Below are positions 21,578 to 30,201 of a DNA stretch of 64,000 bases, piece by piece. Positions within the stretch are counted from its first letter, which is position 1, and every line of letters starts with the position of its first letter. The stretch comes from a virus: positions 1-64,000 of the IMG/VR virus record IMGVR_UViG_3300044729_002487; one strand, written 5' to 3'. Below the pieces are notes generated by a model. The model made no database searches, was not told the origin of the DNA, and saw only the letters and a list, made by a program, of their open reading frames with translations. The position numbers were made by a program, and so were the translations under genes.

Positions 21578-22294
21578 ATGGCAAATATACGATTAACATC
21601 TGGTGAACGATATACGTTTGGGGTATTAAATAATGTAGCAGTGATAGCGAATTCAACGGATCATGCGGAAGCACAATATAATATTGCAAATATAGTAAAA
21701 ATTCAGCCAGGATATCTTTGGGTATCTGCATCATCCGGTACAAATAACCAAGTAGCGTCTCCGCAAGTACGTCTGCAAAATGGAACATATGCAACTAGTT
21801 TTTATATGGCACATAACAAAACAACTCTAACAACAGTAACTACACCAGGTTTACGTACATTAGGTAATTTTGGAGGTTGTTTTGGATTTTTACCAGGAGC
21901 ATCACCTTCGGAACCATATATGGTCATGTCAAGTTCTGCTAATTTTAATAATAGACGCGTACTCATTTCAGCTGGCTTGCATACGGCATATCGACAAAGT
22001 GGTGGTACGTTTACAGTTGATGAAACCGATCATTTTATTGAACATACAGCTGCAACTAATCAAACAGTTACATTACCATCTGCAGTTGCAAAAGAAGCTG
22101 GTAGACAATTATTGATTACAAAATTAAATTCCGGCGGAACATTAACCGTATCAGCTAGTGGTACCGATCGTATCGTACGAGCCGGTGCTGCGACACCAGG
22201 ACGCCGGACTACACAACAATATGCATTTGCTCAATATTTTTGTAATGGCGAAGGTGAATGGTATGCAGCGGAACAAGGTACTTGGGCAGGGTAA
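21578..22294 (+). CDS. putative tail fibre tip protein
   Basis: C-terminal TVTLPSA..GRQLLITK..LTV..GTDRI..C.G.GEW pattern typical of fibre tip domains; follows a fibre gene. Confidence 0.5.
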   Translation: MANIRLTSGERYTFGVLNNVAVIANSTDHAEAQYNIANIVKIQPGYLWVSASSGTNNQVASPQVRLQNGTYATSFYMAHNKTTLTTVTTPGLRTLGNFGGCFGFLPGASPSEPYMVMSSSANFNNRRVLISAGLHTAYRQSGGTFTVDETDHFIEHTAATNQTVTLPSAVAKEAGRQLLITKLNSGGTLTVSASGTDRIVRAGAATPGRRTTQQYAFAQYFCNGEGEWYAAEQGTWAG

Positions 22295-22310
22295 CATATT
22301 TATTAAAAAA

Positions 22311-22342
22311 TTTGGTAATTTGAAAAATTATTCTTACCTTTA
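22311..22342 (+). promoter_or_regulatory. Bacteroidota sigma-A-like promoter
   Basis: TTTG(22311-14)-N20-TACCTTTA(22335-42); an ATATTTAT copy also lies just upstream (22296-22303). Confidence 0.6.
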
Positions 22343-22360
22343 TATAAAGAGATTAAAATT

Positions 22361-25180
22361 ATGAGTTTAGCTGAATGGATGGTGGAAAGTATATTAAATG
22401 AAAGCGATATCAAGCAAGTCATTGTGATATACCCCGGCCGTTTTCAACCGATGGGACGACACCATGCTGCCGTGTACAAAAAATTAGCATCGCAATTTGG
22501 TAAATCAAATACATATATTGCAACATCTGATGTAGTTAATCCACCTAAGTCTCCTTTGAATTTCCAAGAAAAAGCTCAGGTAATGAAGGCTCATGGAATA
22601 ACAAATGTCGTTCAAGTTAAGAATCCATATCAGTCATTGGAAATAGTTGAAAAATATGACCCGGCGACTACGGCAGTATTATTTGCGGTCGGTAAAAAAG
22701 ATATGGCGGAAGATCCTCGATTCCGAGTAGGCGCAAAAAAGAATGGAGAGCCATCTTACTTTCAATATTATGATGAAAACAAAGACAATTTACAACCATA
22801 TGGTAAGCATGGTTATCTAATAGTTGCACCACATGTGGATATTCAGATTCCTGGTTTTGGTGAAATGTCTGGAACAACTCTGCGTCAGGTATTAGCTTCT
22901 GCAGATGAAAAAACATTTAAAGATGTGATGGGATTCTATGATCCAAAAATACATGACATGCTTAAAAAAAAGTTTGAATCTTTAAAGTCTGAAACGGTTG
23001 TACAAACCAATACAGCAAACGAAACCGTTGTATTTAGTAAGAATTGGTGGTCAAAATTGATTGTAGAAGGACGTTACGATAGTTTAGTTACTACATTATC
23101 GCGAGACATTGTCACTCAAATGAAAAGCCGTAAAGGTACTCGTAATTATGAAGTTTCATTTGATGTTGATAGAGGTGATAATACTGCCGAAATTGATTTG
23201 GTTGTCAAATTTAAACCACGCCGCAATTGGGAATTTGCATATGAAACCAAAGGATGGACGGATGGTGAAATGATGGAAATAACATTAACGTTTAATCCAG
23301 CTGCTTTTCCAACATCATATAGTAATCTTATTCCAGAATTAAAAGAAACATTACGGCATGAAGTTGAACATGTGGCTCAAATGCATTTTCAAGATATGAA
23401 AATGATCGAACCAAAAACAAAAGCCTTTTATCAGTATTTGTTAGCTCCTCATGAGGTAGCAGCATTTACTCAAGGTTTATATAAAAGAGCAAAAACTAAA
23501 CGCGTTCCAATTGACATTGCAATGGAAGAATGGTTTGATGAAAATGTACGAAATTTCTCACCATCGCAAAAATATAATCATTGGAACATTGTGAAATCGG
23601 CTTGGTTGGAGTATGCTCATAAACATATACCAACTGCGCAATATAGCGACGAATTAACCGAAGGTATTGTTTCGGATACCGTAAAAAAATATAGTGCCAA
23701 GTTATCTGATAAATACAAAGACTTTGTTAAGCGATTGAAAATTGAAGGTAACGAAACAAAAGAAGCGTATCATAAAATCGTAGATGCAGTTGTTAACGGA
23801 AAGGAATTATCAAAAGAAGAGCGAAAAGAAGTTGGAGAACAACTCAAAGACGTTCTTAAATTGATAGGATTTACTGCGGCATCTATACTACCAGGCGGTA
23901 TCATTTACTTGTTGTTAACGCGAGTAACTAAATTGAAACGGCATTTAGTACCATCCGCATTTTTAGAAAACCAAAACCCAGATAATATGATTAAATTAAA
24001 ACCTTTGTTAGTTAAAGAAGCAAAAGCAAATACACATTTAACGCATTTAGAAGAATTGATTTTAACTCAAGGCCGCGACGGTTATGATTTAGCTCGGTCA
24101 TTCTTATTAGAACTGATTAAAAATCTTAAAGGTAATTCCAATAACAAAGTTAATACCACTATCAAATGGGACGGAGCACCTGCAATCATATCAGGCGTTG
24201 ATCCAGCTTCTGGCAGATTCTTTGTAGGTACAAAGTCTGTGTTTAATAAAGAACCTAAACTTAACTTTACAAATGAAGACATTGATCGTAATCATGGCGA
24301 AGCACCAGGATTAGTTGATAAATTGAAAAGAGCTTTAGCATACTTACCTAAATTAGGTTATAAAAATATTATGCAAGGCGATTTCATGTTTGACGATTCC
24401 ACATTGAAAACTCAGACAATTGACGGTGTTAAACATTATACATTTAAACCAAATACAATTACATATGCAGTAGAAGCTGATTCGGATTTAGGACGTCGTA
24501 TTTCTAAAGCAAAGTTTGGTATTGTATTTCATACCGGTTATAAGAACTTACAATCCGGAGCAGAATTTGGAGTTAGTGTATCAAATATAAGACAAAATCC
24601 GGATGTTTGGTTTGATGATGCATTCTTTAAAGATACTACCGGTACGGTATTGTTAACTGATAATGAAGCCAAAGAGGTTGCTCGATTAATTAAAGAAGCA
24701 GATTCATTGAAAGTCGATTATCGCTCAATTCCATCAGAACTATTGAATACATATATTAATAGCGAAATACGAATTGGTCAGTTTTTAGATTCACCTGATA
24801 AATCATATGATGCATTTTTAAAATGGTTACAACTTCGTAATGACAAAAACATTGATAAATTGAAATCATTGGCTGGTAAAGAAAAAGCATTAAATGCAGC
24901 TAAAGAACAAATGAAATCGGTCACTGATAACAAACAAAACATTGTGAATGCATTTAAGGTATCAAAATTGTTAGCAGAAGCTAAGATGATATTTGTGCAA
25001 AAATATAACAATGCTGTTTACAATACAAAACATTTTGTTGACGATGGCCAAGGAGGTTTACGAGTTTCAAATCCAGAAGGATATGTAGCAGTAGATCATA
25101 TCGGTAACGGTATTAAATTAGTAGACCGATTAGAATTCTCTAGAGCCAATTTTGCCATGGACAAAGGCTTTACTAAGTAG
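22361..25180 (+). CDS. multidomain protein: cytidylyltransferase-like + HExxH zincin-like + hydrophobic helical module + KxDG ligase-like (DUF6267-type) domain
   Basis: YPGRFQPMGRHH..MSGT; LRHEVEH..PHEVAAF; NTHLTHLEE..KWDGAPA..QGDFMF..EGYVAVD..KLVDRLEFS. Confidence 0.7.
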   Translation: MSLAEWMVESILNESDIKQVIVIYPGRFQPMGRHHAAVYKKLASQFGKSNTYIATSDVVNPPKSPLNFQEKAQVMKAHGITNVVQVKNPYQSLEIVEKYDPATTAVLFAVGKKDMAEDPRFRVGAKKNGEPSYFQYYDENKDNLQPYGKHGYLIVAPHVDIQIPGFGEMSGTTLRQVLASADEKTFKDVMGFYDPKIHDMLKKKFESLKSETVVQTNTANETVVFSKNWWSKLIVEGRYDSLVTTLSRDIVTQMKSRKGTRNYEVSFDVDRGDNTAEIDLVVKFKPRRNWEFAYETKGWTDGEMMEITLTFNPAAFPTSYSNLIPELKETLRHEVEHVAQMHFQDMKMIEPKTKAFYQYLLAPHEVAAFTQGLYKRAKTKRVPIDIAMEEWFDENVRNFSPSQKYNHWNIVKSAWLEYAHKHIPTAQYSDELTEGIVSDTVKKYSAKLSDKYKDFVKRLKIEGNETKEAYHKIVDAVVNGKELSKEERKEVGEQLKDVLKLIGFTAASILPGGIIYLLLTRVTKLKRHLVPSAFLENQNPDNMIKLKPLLVKEAKANTHLTHLEELILTQGRDGYDLARSFLLELIKNLKGNSNNKVNTTIKWDGAPAIISGVDPASGRFFVGTKSVFNKEPKLNFTNEDIDRNHGEAPGLVDKLKRALAYLPKLGYKNIMQGDFMFDDSTLKTQTIDGVKHYTFKPNTITYAVEADSDLGRRISKAKFGIVFHTGYKNLQSGAEFGVSVSNIRQNPDVWFDDAFFKDTTGTVLLTDNEAKEVARLIKEADSLKVDYRSIPSELLNTYINSEIRIGQFLDSPDKSYDAFLKWLQLRNDKNIDKLKSLAGKEKALNAAKEQMKSVTDNKQNIVNAFKVSKLLAEAKMIFVQKYNNAVYNTKHFVDDGQGGLRVSNPEGYVAVDHIGNGIKLVDRLEFSRANFAMDKGFTK

Positions 25181-25215
25181 GTTCGTCTATATTTATATTT
25201 AAAATAAGGAATGCT

Positions 25216-25836
25216 ATGAAAGAAACTGAATTACGTCGTATAATTCGTGAACATATTAAACGTTTATTGGAAGGTCCTTCATTAGGAGCTGGTTCATCTG
25301 AATTAGAGCGAGGATTAGGTAAAATTGAAAAACGTGCATCTAATTTGACACCACGTCAAAGAGTGGCAGCTGTTTTACCGGTATTACAAAAATTCGGTAT
25401 TCAGTCAAGCGATCTTTCATTGATTAAAATTGAATTGGCAAAAGCTGCAAAACAAGCTACGGTACAAGATGCATCCGCTGATAAAGCTGCCGATGATGCC
25501 GCGGCTAAAGCAAAAGCCGATGCAGAAGCAAAAGCTGATACAGAAACACCTGAAGAAGAGCCAACTAAAAAAGAAGAGCAATATACAGCAGGCGTTGATG
25601 ATAATTATGCCGGCAAGGCGTTTAAACGTCCAAAGGCAATGCAAGAAAATTTAACATCATTATATTCAAAAGCGGAAAAGGTTGATAAAACACAAGCTTT
25701 CCAGATGTTACAAAGAGCAGTAGCTCAAAAACCTTCAACTATGCAAGCAGATTTTGTTGTGGATTTAATTAATAAATTCAATTTAGATGATTCTGCAAAA
25801 CGTAGATTAAAAATGATAATTAGAAACATGGCATAA
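25216..25836 (+). CDS. hypothetical, probable capsid-internal protein
   Basis: Leader MKETELRRIIREHIKRLLE shared with the 52731 ORF; Ala/Asp/Glu-rich linker; ATATTTAT and TAAGGA upstream. Confidence 0.45.
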   Translation: MKETELRRIIREHIKRLLEGPSLGAGSSELERGLGKIEKRASNLTPRQRVAAVLPVLQKFGIQSSDLSLIKIELAKAAKQATVQDASADKAADDAAAKAKADAEAKADTETPEEEPTKKEEQYTAGVDDNYAGKAFKRPKAMQENLTSLYSKAEKVDKTQAFQMLQRAVAQKPSTMQADFVVDLINKFNLDDSAKRRLKMIIRNMA

Positions 25837-26468
25837 TGTCAAACAAGTTACACAATATTAAAGCGGTTGAAAAAATGCTCCATGGCGAGCATAAGTCACA
25901 GACTAAAACAACCCATGGTTTCAATCAGACATCAAAATCGGTAAAACGTAACATTGGTGATACGTGGATTGAATCAGATCCTAAGACCGGTACAGTTTGG
26001 ATGTATGAACAACGTGATGGTTTCCGTACAAAGAAACCTGCTAATAGCGCATCCGACATGATCAAAAAAATTCTTACTGCACCTGACACATGTCCTTGTT
26101 GTGAGAAATCAATGAAAGGTGTTTCCGAACAACGATTAAATCTTAAAATGTACTTTATACATAAAAAGTGTTTTGATTGTGTTGTAAAAGAAGAATCATT
26201 GATTAGAGCTAAAGGCAAAGAAGCATGGACTGAATATTCTCGACAAAGAATGATGGCAAATGCAGAGTCATGGTTTAGTGATGCAGATCAAGAGGTAATG
26301 GCATTACGAGAAGCAATTAAAATGCAATACGTACAAAATGCTGATGGTAACATAGAAGAATGGGATATGACCGCTTTTTTAGAAAAATTTGATGCGGACT
26401 ATGAACAATTAAAAAAACAAATATTTGAAAATCTAAAGGGTAAAGATGGCAAAGAATCGATCGCTTAA
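25836..26468 (+). CDS. hypothetical protein with CxxC..CxxC zinc finger
   Basis: CPCC and CFDC motifs; translationally coupled (TAATG). Confidence 0.5.
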   Translation: MSNKLHNIKAVEKMLHGEHKSQTKTTHGFNQTSKSVKRNIGDTWIESDPKTGTVWMYEQRDGFRTKKPANSASDMIKKILTAPDTCPCCEKSMKGVSEQRLNLKMYFIHKKCFDCVVKEESLIRAKGKEAWTEYSRQRMMANAESWFSDADQEVMALREAIKMQYVQNADGNIEEWDMTAFLEKFDADYEQLKKQIFENLKGKDGKESIA

Positions 26469-27849
26469 TAAAATTGGAAAAGAGTTCGACGAGTTAGTAG
26501 CAGATATGAAAAAGACTGCTGCTGATTGGGCTAAAGCTTCTGGCGCAAAGAAACAGACTCTGTTAATGAAAATGAAACAGATGACGAAAGAGAAAAAAGA
26601 GCTTCAAGCTGAAATGGAACGCGCTGTTATGGACGTCGATAAAGATGCTACATTGCAAGTAGATGAAAGATATGTTAAAATTGCTATGAAAAGTGCTATT
26701 GGTCGATTAGTCGAAGAACAATTAAAAACTATCATTCCTAATAGAACTGCGCGTCGTTCTTTAAAAAGATTAACCGAATCTGCAAATTTATTAGAATCGA
26801 GGTCTCAATCAATATCTAGGTCATTAAGAAAAGGAATGTCTGAATCTACATGGAATAATGTACAAAATACATGTAGATCAGTATTAGGTATTACTGAAGC
26901 CGGTATGTCTGATGATGCATTAGCAAAAGTAATTGCTCAAGTAGCGAAAGAAGCATCCGGCGGAAAAGTTGCTGTTGATCCGAATAAAATTAATATTGAT
27001 GCATTAGAAAATCCTGAATCAATTGATTCGAGAGAAGATTTTATTGAAGAAAATTTACTTACTGAAGGCGATCCTGTAACAACTGCTTTATTAGCTGCTC
27101 CTACTATAATTAAATTTTTAGGAGGAATTATTGATTGGGTTGGAGGTCTTGCAATGGGTAATGAAGAGTCTCGAGCTGTTAATCGTATTATCGGTCGAAT
27201 GCATGCATATGCAAAGAAAAATAATCAGATTCCTGCTAAACAAGATATGGTGAAAGAATTAGGCGGTGTTGGAAAAGGTATAATGTCAGGGGTATCATTT
27301 AAAGATGATGCAAAATATATTGATCAAGCATATGAAAGAGTTGCTGAATTCGTAGAAAAGGCAAATGCAGCCGGTGCAGGAAAACCAGGTCACCATAATT
27401 CAGAATTTTCAGCAGAAGGCGCCGGATCACAGCCGGTTGATGAACATATGTTACATATGTTACATGATGCATCGGCTAATACAAAAGTAGGTAAGTTTCT
27501 AGGTAATTTAGCTCATAAATTACATGAAATATATTTAGTACCATTGCAAGTTGTAATAACCGGTGTTATTTTTCTTGTAATGCCATCAAAAATAATGCAA
27601 GCCAAAAAAGTTTGGGCTCAAGCAAAAAAGATTGCTGAATTTATATATGCGTTTGTTATGTTATTTGTGGCAGTTAAAGGAGGTATAGGAGCATTCCAGC
27701 ATATCGCAGAATTAATGCCACAACTTCAATCAGCGTTAGATGCTACAGGTCATGCTGGTACGATATTTACAGCAGTAGCTGATTCGGCAAAAGCAGGTGA
27801 TATGTCAGTCGAAGTTCTAAAAGGTATTTTATCATTAGCTGGTAAATAA
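26446..27849 (+). CDS. hypothetical protein with several L-x-E sites and C-terminal hydrophobic helices
   Basis: LVEE, LTE, LLE, ITE, LLTE sites; hydrophobic stretches IYLVPLQVVITGVIFLVM and FIYAFVMLFVAV. Confidence 0.4.
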   Translation: MAKNRSLNKIGKEFDELVADMKKTAADWAKASGAKKQTLLMKMKQMTKEKKELQAEMERAVMDVDKDATLQVDERYVKIAMKSAIGRLVEEQLKTIIPNRTARRSLKRLTESANLLESRSQSISRSLRKGMSESTWNNVQNTCRSVLGITEAGMSDDALAKVIAQVAKEASGGKVAVDPNKINIDALENPESIDSREDFIEENLLTEGDPVTTALLAAPTIIKFLGGIIDWVGGLAMGNEESRAVNRIIGRMHAYAKKNNQIPAKQDMVKELGGVGKGIMSGVSFKDDAKYIDQAYERVAEFVEKANAAGAGKPGHHNSEFSAEGAGSQPVDEHMLHMLHDASANTKVGKFLGNLAHKLHEIYLVPLQVVITGVIFLVMPSKIMQAKKVWAQAKKIAEFIYAFVMLFVAVKGGIGAFQHIAELMPQLQSALDATGHAGTIFTAVADSAKAGDMSVEVLKGILSLAGK

Positions 27850-27852
27850 TTT

Positions 27853-28203
27853 ATGAAAAATAAAACAACGGTTATATTATCATTAGTTATTGCTGTGTTA
27901 GTTTGTGTAATCATTATCATGTACACAACTAAACCATCTTATACAGATGCTAATGCAAAAGCTCAATATCAACATACTATTGATAGTTTGGATAATGTAA
28001 TTTTGAACTACAAACGCGATCAACTTGAATTGGATAAAAAAATTGCCGGATATGAATTAGATATCCGGCGATTGGATTTTCAAATTGATTCAGCGGAAAA
28101 CAAAATAATTGAAGTAAGAAACTATTATGCTGAACGAATTAAAAATGTTGGTCGTTTTTCTACTGCTGAGCTTGACGACTTTTTCTCAAAACGGTACAAA
28201 TAA
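27853..28203 (+). CDS. putative inner-membrane spanin-like protein
   Basis: N-terminal TM helix followed by a coiled coil; overlaps the next exported gene. Confidence 0.5.
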   Translation: MKNKTTVILSLVIAVLVCVIIIMYTTKPSYTDANAKAQYQHTIDSLDNVILNYKRDQLELDKKIAGYELDIRRLDFQIDSAENKIIEVRNYYAERIKNVGRFSTAELDDFFSKRYK

Positions 28204-28564
28204 CGAACCTCAAGTTTGTATGCCATTAACAAAGGCACGCCAAGTAGCACAAGATCTATTACGTTTAGATTCATTACAAGCTGAACATAACAAAACATTG
28301 TTTGTGTTAGAACGTACGAATTCTAAAATAGAAATCAAAGATAGTATTATAAATGCCAATACAGAAAAGATTGATAAATATCTTAAAGAAATTGGTACAC
28401 ATGAAGAGAAGTTTAAAACATCGTCAGAACGAATTACAAAGTTAGAAACAGAGGTTACTGACTTGCAGACAAAAAATACTCGATTACGTGGATGGATACA
28501 AGGCTTAGGCGGCGGTTTAATTGCAACTCTTACTACATTAATATCTGTAATTGCTATAAAGTAA
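28127..28564 (+). CDS. exported coiled-coil protein, spanin-partner-like
   Basis: Signal peptide ..VVFLLLSLTTFS-Q, coiled coil, C-terminal hydrophobic anchor; overlaps the upstream gene by 77 nt. Confidence 0.45.
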   Translation: MLNELKMLVVFLLLSLTTFSQNGTNNEPQVCMPLTKARQVAQDLLRLDSLQAEHNKTLFVLERTNSKIEIKDSIINANTEKIDKYLKEIGTHEEKFKTSSERITKLETEVTDLQTKNTRLRGWIQGLGGGLIATLTTLISVIAIK

Positions 28565-28565
28565 A

Positions 28566-28598
28566 TTTGGTACTTTAAAAAAGTTTTATTATATTTAT
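28566..28598 (+). promoter_or_regulatory. composite host-like/late promoter of terminase
   Basis: TTTG(28566-69)-N20-TATATTTA(28590-97), which also contains ATATTTAT (28591-98). Confidence 0.6.
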
Positions 28599-28603
28599 AG
28601 TAT

Positions 28604-30175
28604 ATGACGCAGAAATCATTAAAAGAAATTATTAAAGACGAGTACAAAAAATGTGCGATGGACCCCGTGCATTTTATGAAAAAATACTGCGTTATCCAAC
28701 ATCCAACAAAAGGAAAAATGTTCTTTCATTTATATCCTTTTCAGGAAGAAGTACTTACTTCATTGCAACATAATCGTTATAGTGTAATTCTTAAATCACG
28801 GCAGTTAGGTATTTCCACTTTAACTGCAGGATTTTCATTATGGGCAATGTTATTTCGTTCAGATTATAACGTATTAGTCATTGCTACAAAACAAGAAGTA
28901 GCAAAAAACTTAGTTACCAAAGTACGTGTAATGCATGATAATTTACCTTCATGGTTAAAAGGAAAATCAGTCGAAGATAATAAATTGTCATTACGATTTA
29001 AAAATGGGTCTCAAATCAAAGCTGTATCATCAAAAGGAGATGCAGGTCGTTCTGAAGCATTATCATTACTAGTAATAGATGAGGCGGCATTTATCGATCG
29101 AATCGATGAAATATGGACTGCAGCTCAACAAACATTAGCAACTGGTGGTGGTGCAATCATGTTATCAACACCTAACGGTACTGGTAATTTATTTCATAAA
29201 ACATGGGTTGATGCAGAAGCGGGAGGCCAATTTCATCCAATTAAATTGCATTGGTCAGTACATCCTGAACGAGATCAGGCATGGCGTGATATGCAAACAG
29301 AATTGTTAGGTGAAAAAGCAGCTGCGCAAGAATGTGATTGCGACTTCATATCATCCGGACATACAGTAGTTGATGGTCCTATCATTCAATGGTATGAGCA
29401 AACATATGTCGAAGATCCTAAAGAGAAACGTGGATTTGATGGTAACTATTGGATATGGGATTATCCAAATTACAATAAAGCATATGCAGTTGTAGCTGAC
29501 GTTGCTCGAGGCGATGGTGCTGACTATTCAGCGTTCCATGTCATTGATATTGAATCTATGACTCAGGTAGCAGAATATCGAGGTAAAATAGGAACTACGG
29601 AATACGGTAACATGTTAGTATCTGTCGCAACTGATTATAATAATGCATTGCTAGTAATTGAAAATGCTAATATTGGTTGGGCTGTAATACAAGTTGCAAT
29701 TGACCGTGGATATCCAAATTTATATTATTCATACCGCGATGATGCATATGTAGATGAAAATATACATTTATCAAAAGGATATGACCTCAAAGGCAAGGCA
29801 CAAAAAGTTCCAGGATTTTCAACTACATCAAAATCACGTCCTTTGATAATTTCAAAGATAGAAACATATTTCCGAGAAAAAGCTCCAATCGTCCGTAGTA
29901 AACGGTTGACAGATGAATTATATGTATTCATTTGGAATGGTTCAAGAGCAGAAGCTCAAAGAGGTTATAATGATGACTTGATAATGTCATTCGGTATCGC
30001 TTTATGGGTACGCGATACGGCGTTACGTTTACATCAACAAGGAATAGATTTAACCAAAAAAACATTAGGCCATTTAGGTAAATCACAAGGAGTATACTCA
30101 GCAAATAAAAATAGTAACGGTTCTTGGGACTGGAAAGCTGGAGCCGACTCAGATGACTTGAAATGGTTACTTTAA
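28604..30175 (+). CDS. terL: terminase large subunit (T4 gp17-like)
   Basis: LYPFQ Q-motif, KSRQLGIS Walker A, VIDEAAF Walker B, STPNG, ADVARG and DDLIMS nuclease motifs. Confidence 0.95.
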   Translation: MTQKSLKEIIKDEYKKCAMDPVHFMKKYCVIQHPTKGKMFFHLYPFQEEVLTSLQHNRYSVILKSRQLGISTLTAGFSLWAMLFRSDYNVLVIATKQEVAKNLVTKVRVMHDNLPSWLKGKSVEDNKLSLRFKNGSQIKAVSSKGDAGRSEALSLLVIDEAAFIDRIDEIWTAAQQTLATGGGAIMLSTPNGTGNLFHKTWVDAEAGGQFHPIKLHWSVHPERDQAWRDMQTELLGEKAAAQECDCDFISSGHTVVDGPIIQWYEQTYVEDPKEKRGFDGNYWIWDYPNYNKAYAVVADVARGDGADYSAFHVIDIESMTQVAEYRGKIGTTEYGNMLVSVATDYNNALLVIENANIGWAVIQVAIDRGYPNLYYSYRDDAYVDENIHLSKGYDLKGKAQKVPGFSTTSKSRPLIISKIETYFREKAPIVRSKRLTDELYVFIWNGSRAEAQRGYNDDLIMSFGIALWVRDTALRLHQQGIDLTKKTLGHLGKSQGVYSANKNSNGSWDWKAGADSDDLKWLL

Positions 30176-30201
30176 CATATTTATTATAAACGGAAAAACG
30201 C

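Noticed and set aside
25177-25218. Additional anti-SD hairpins before 25216, 40641 and 52143
   Set aside because: Pairings are short, bulged and G-U rich; not distinguishable from chance by eye
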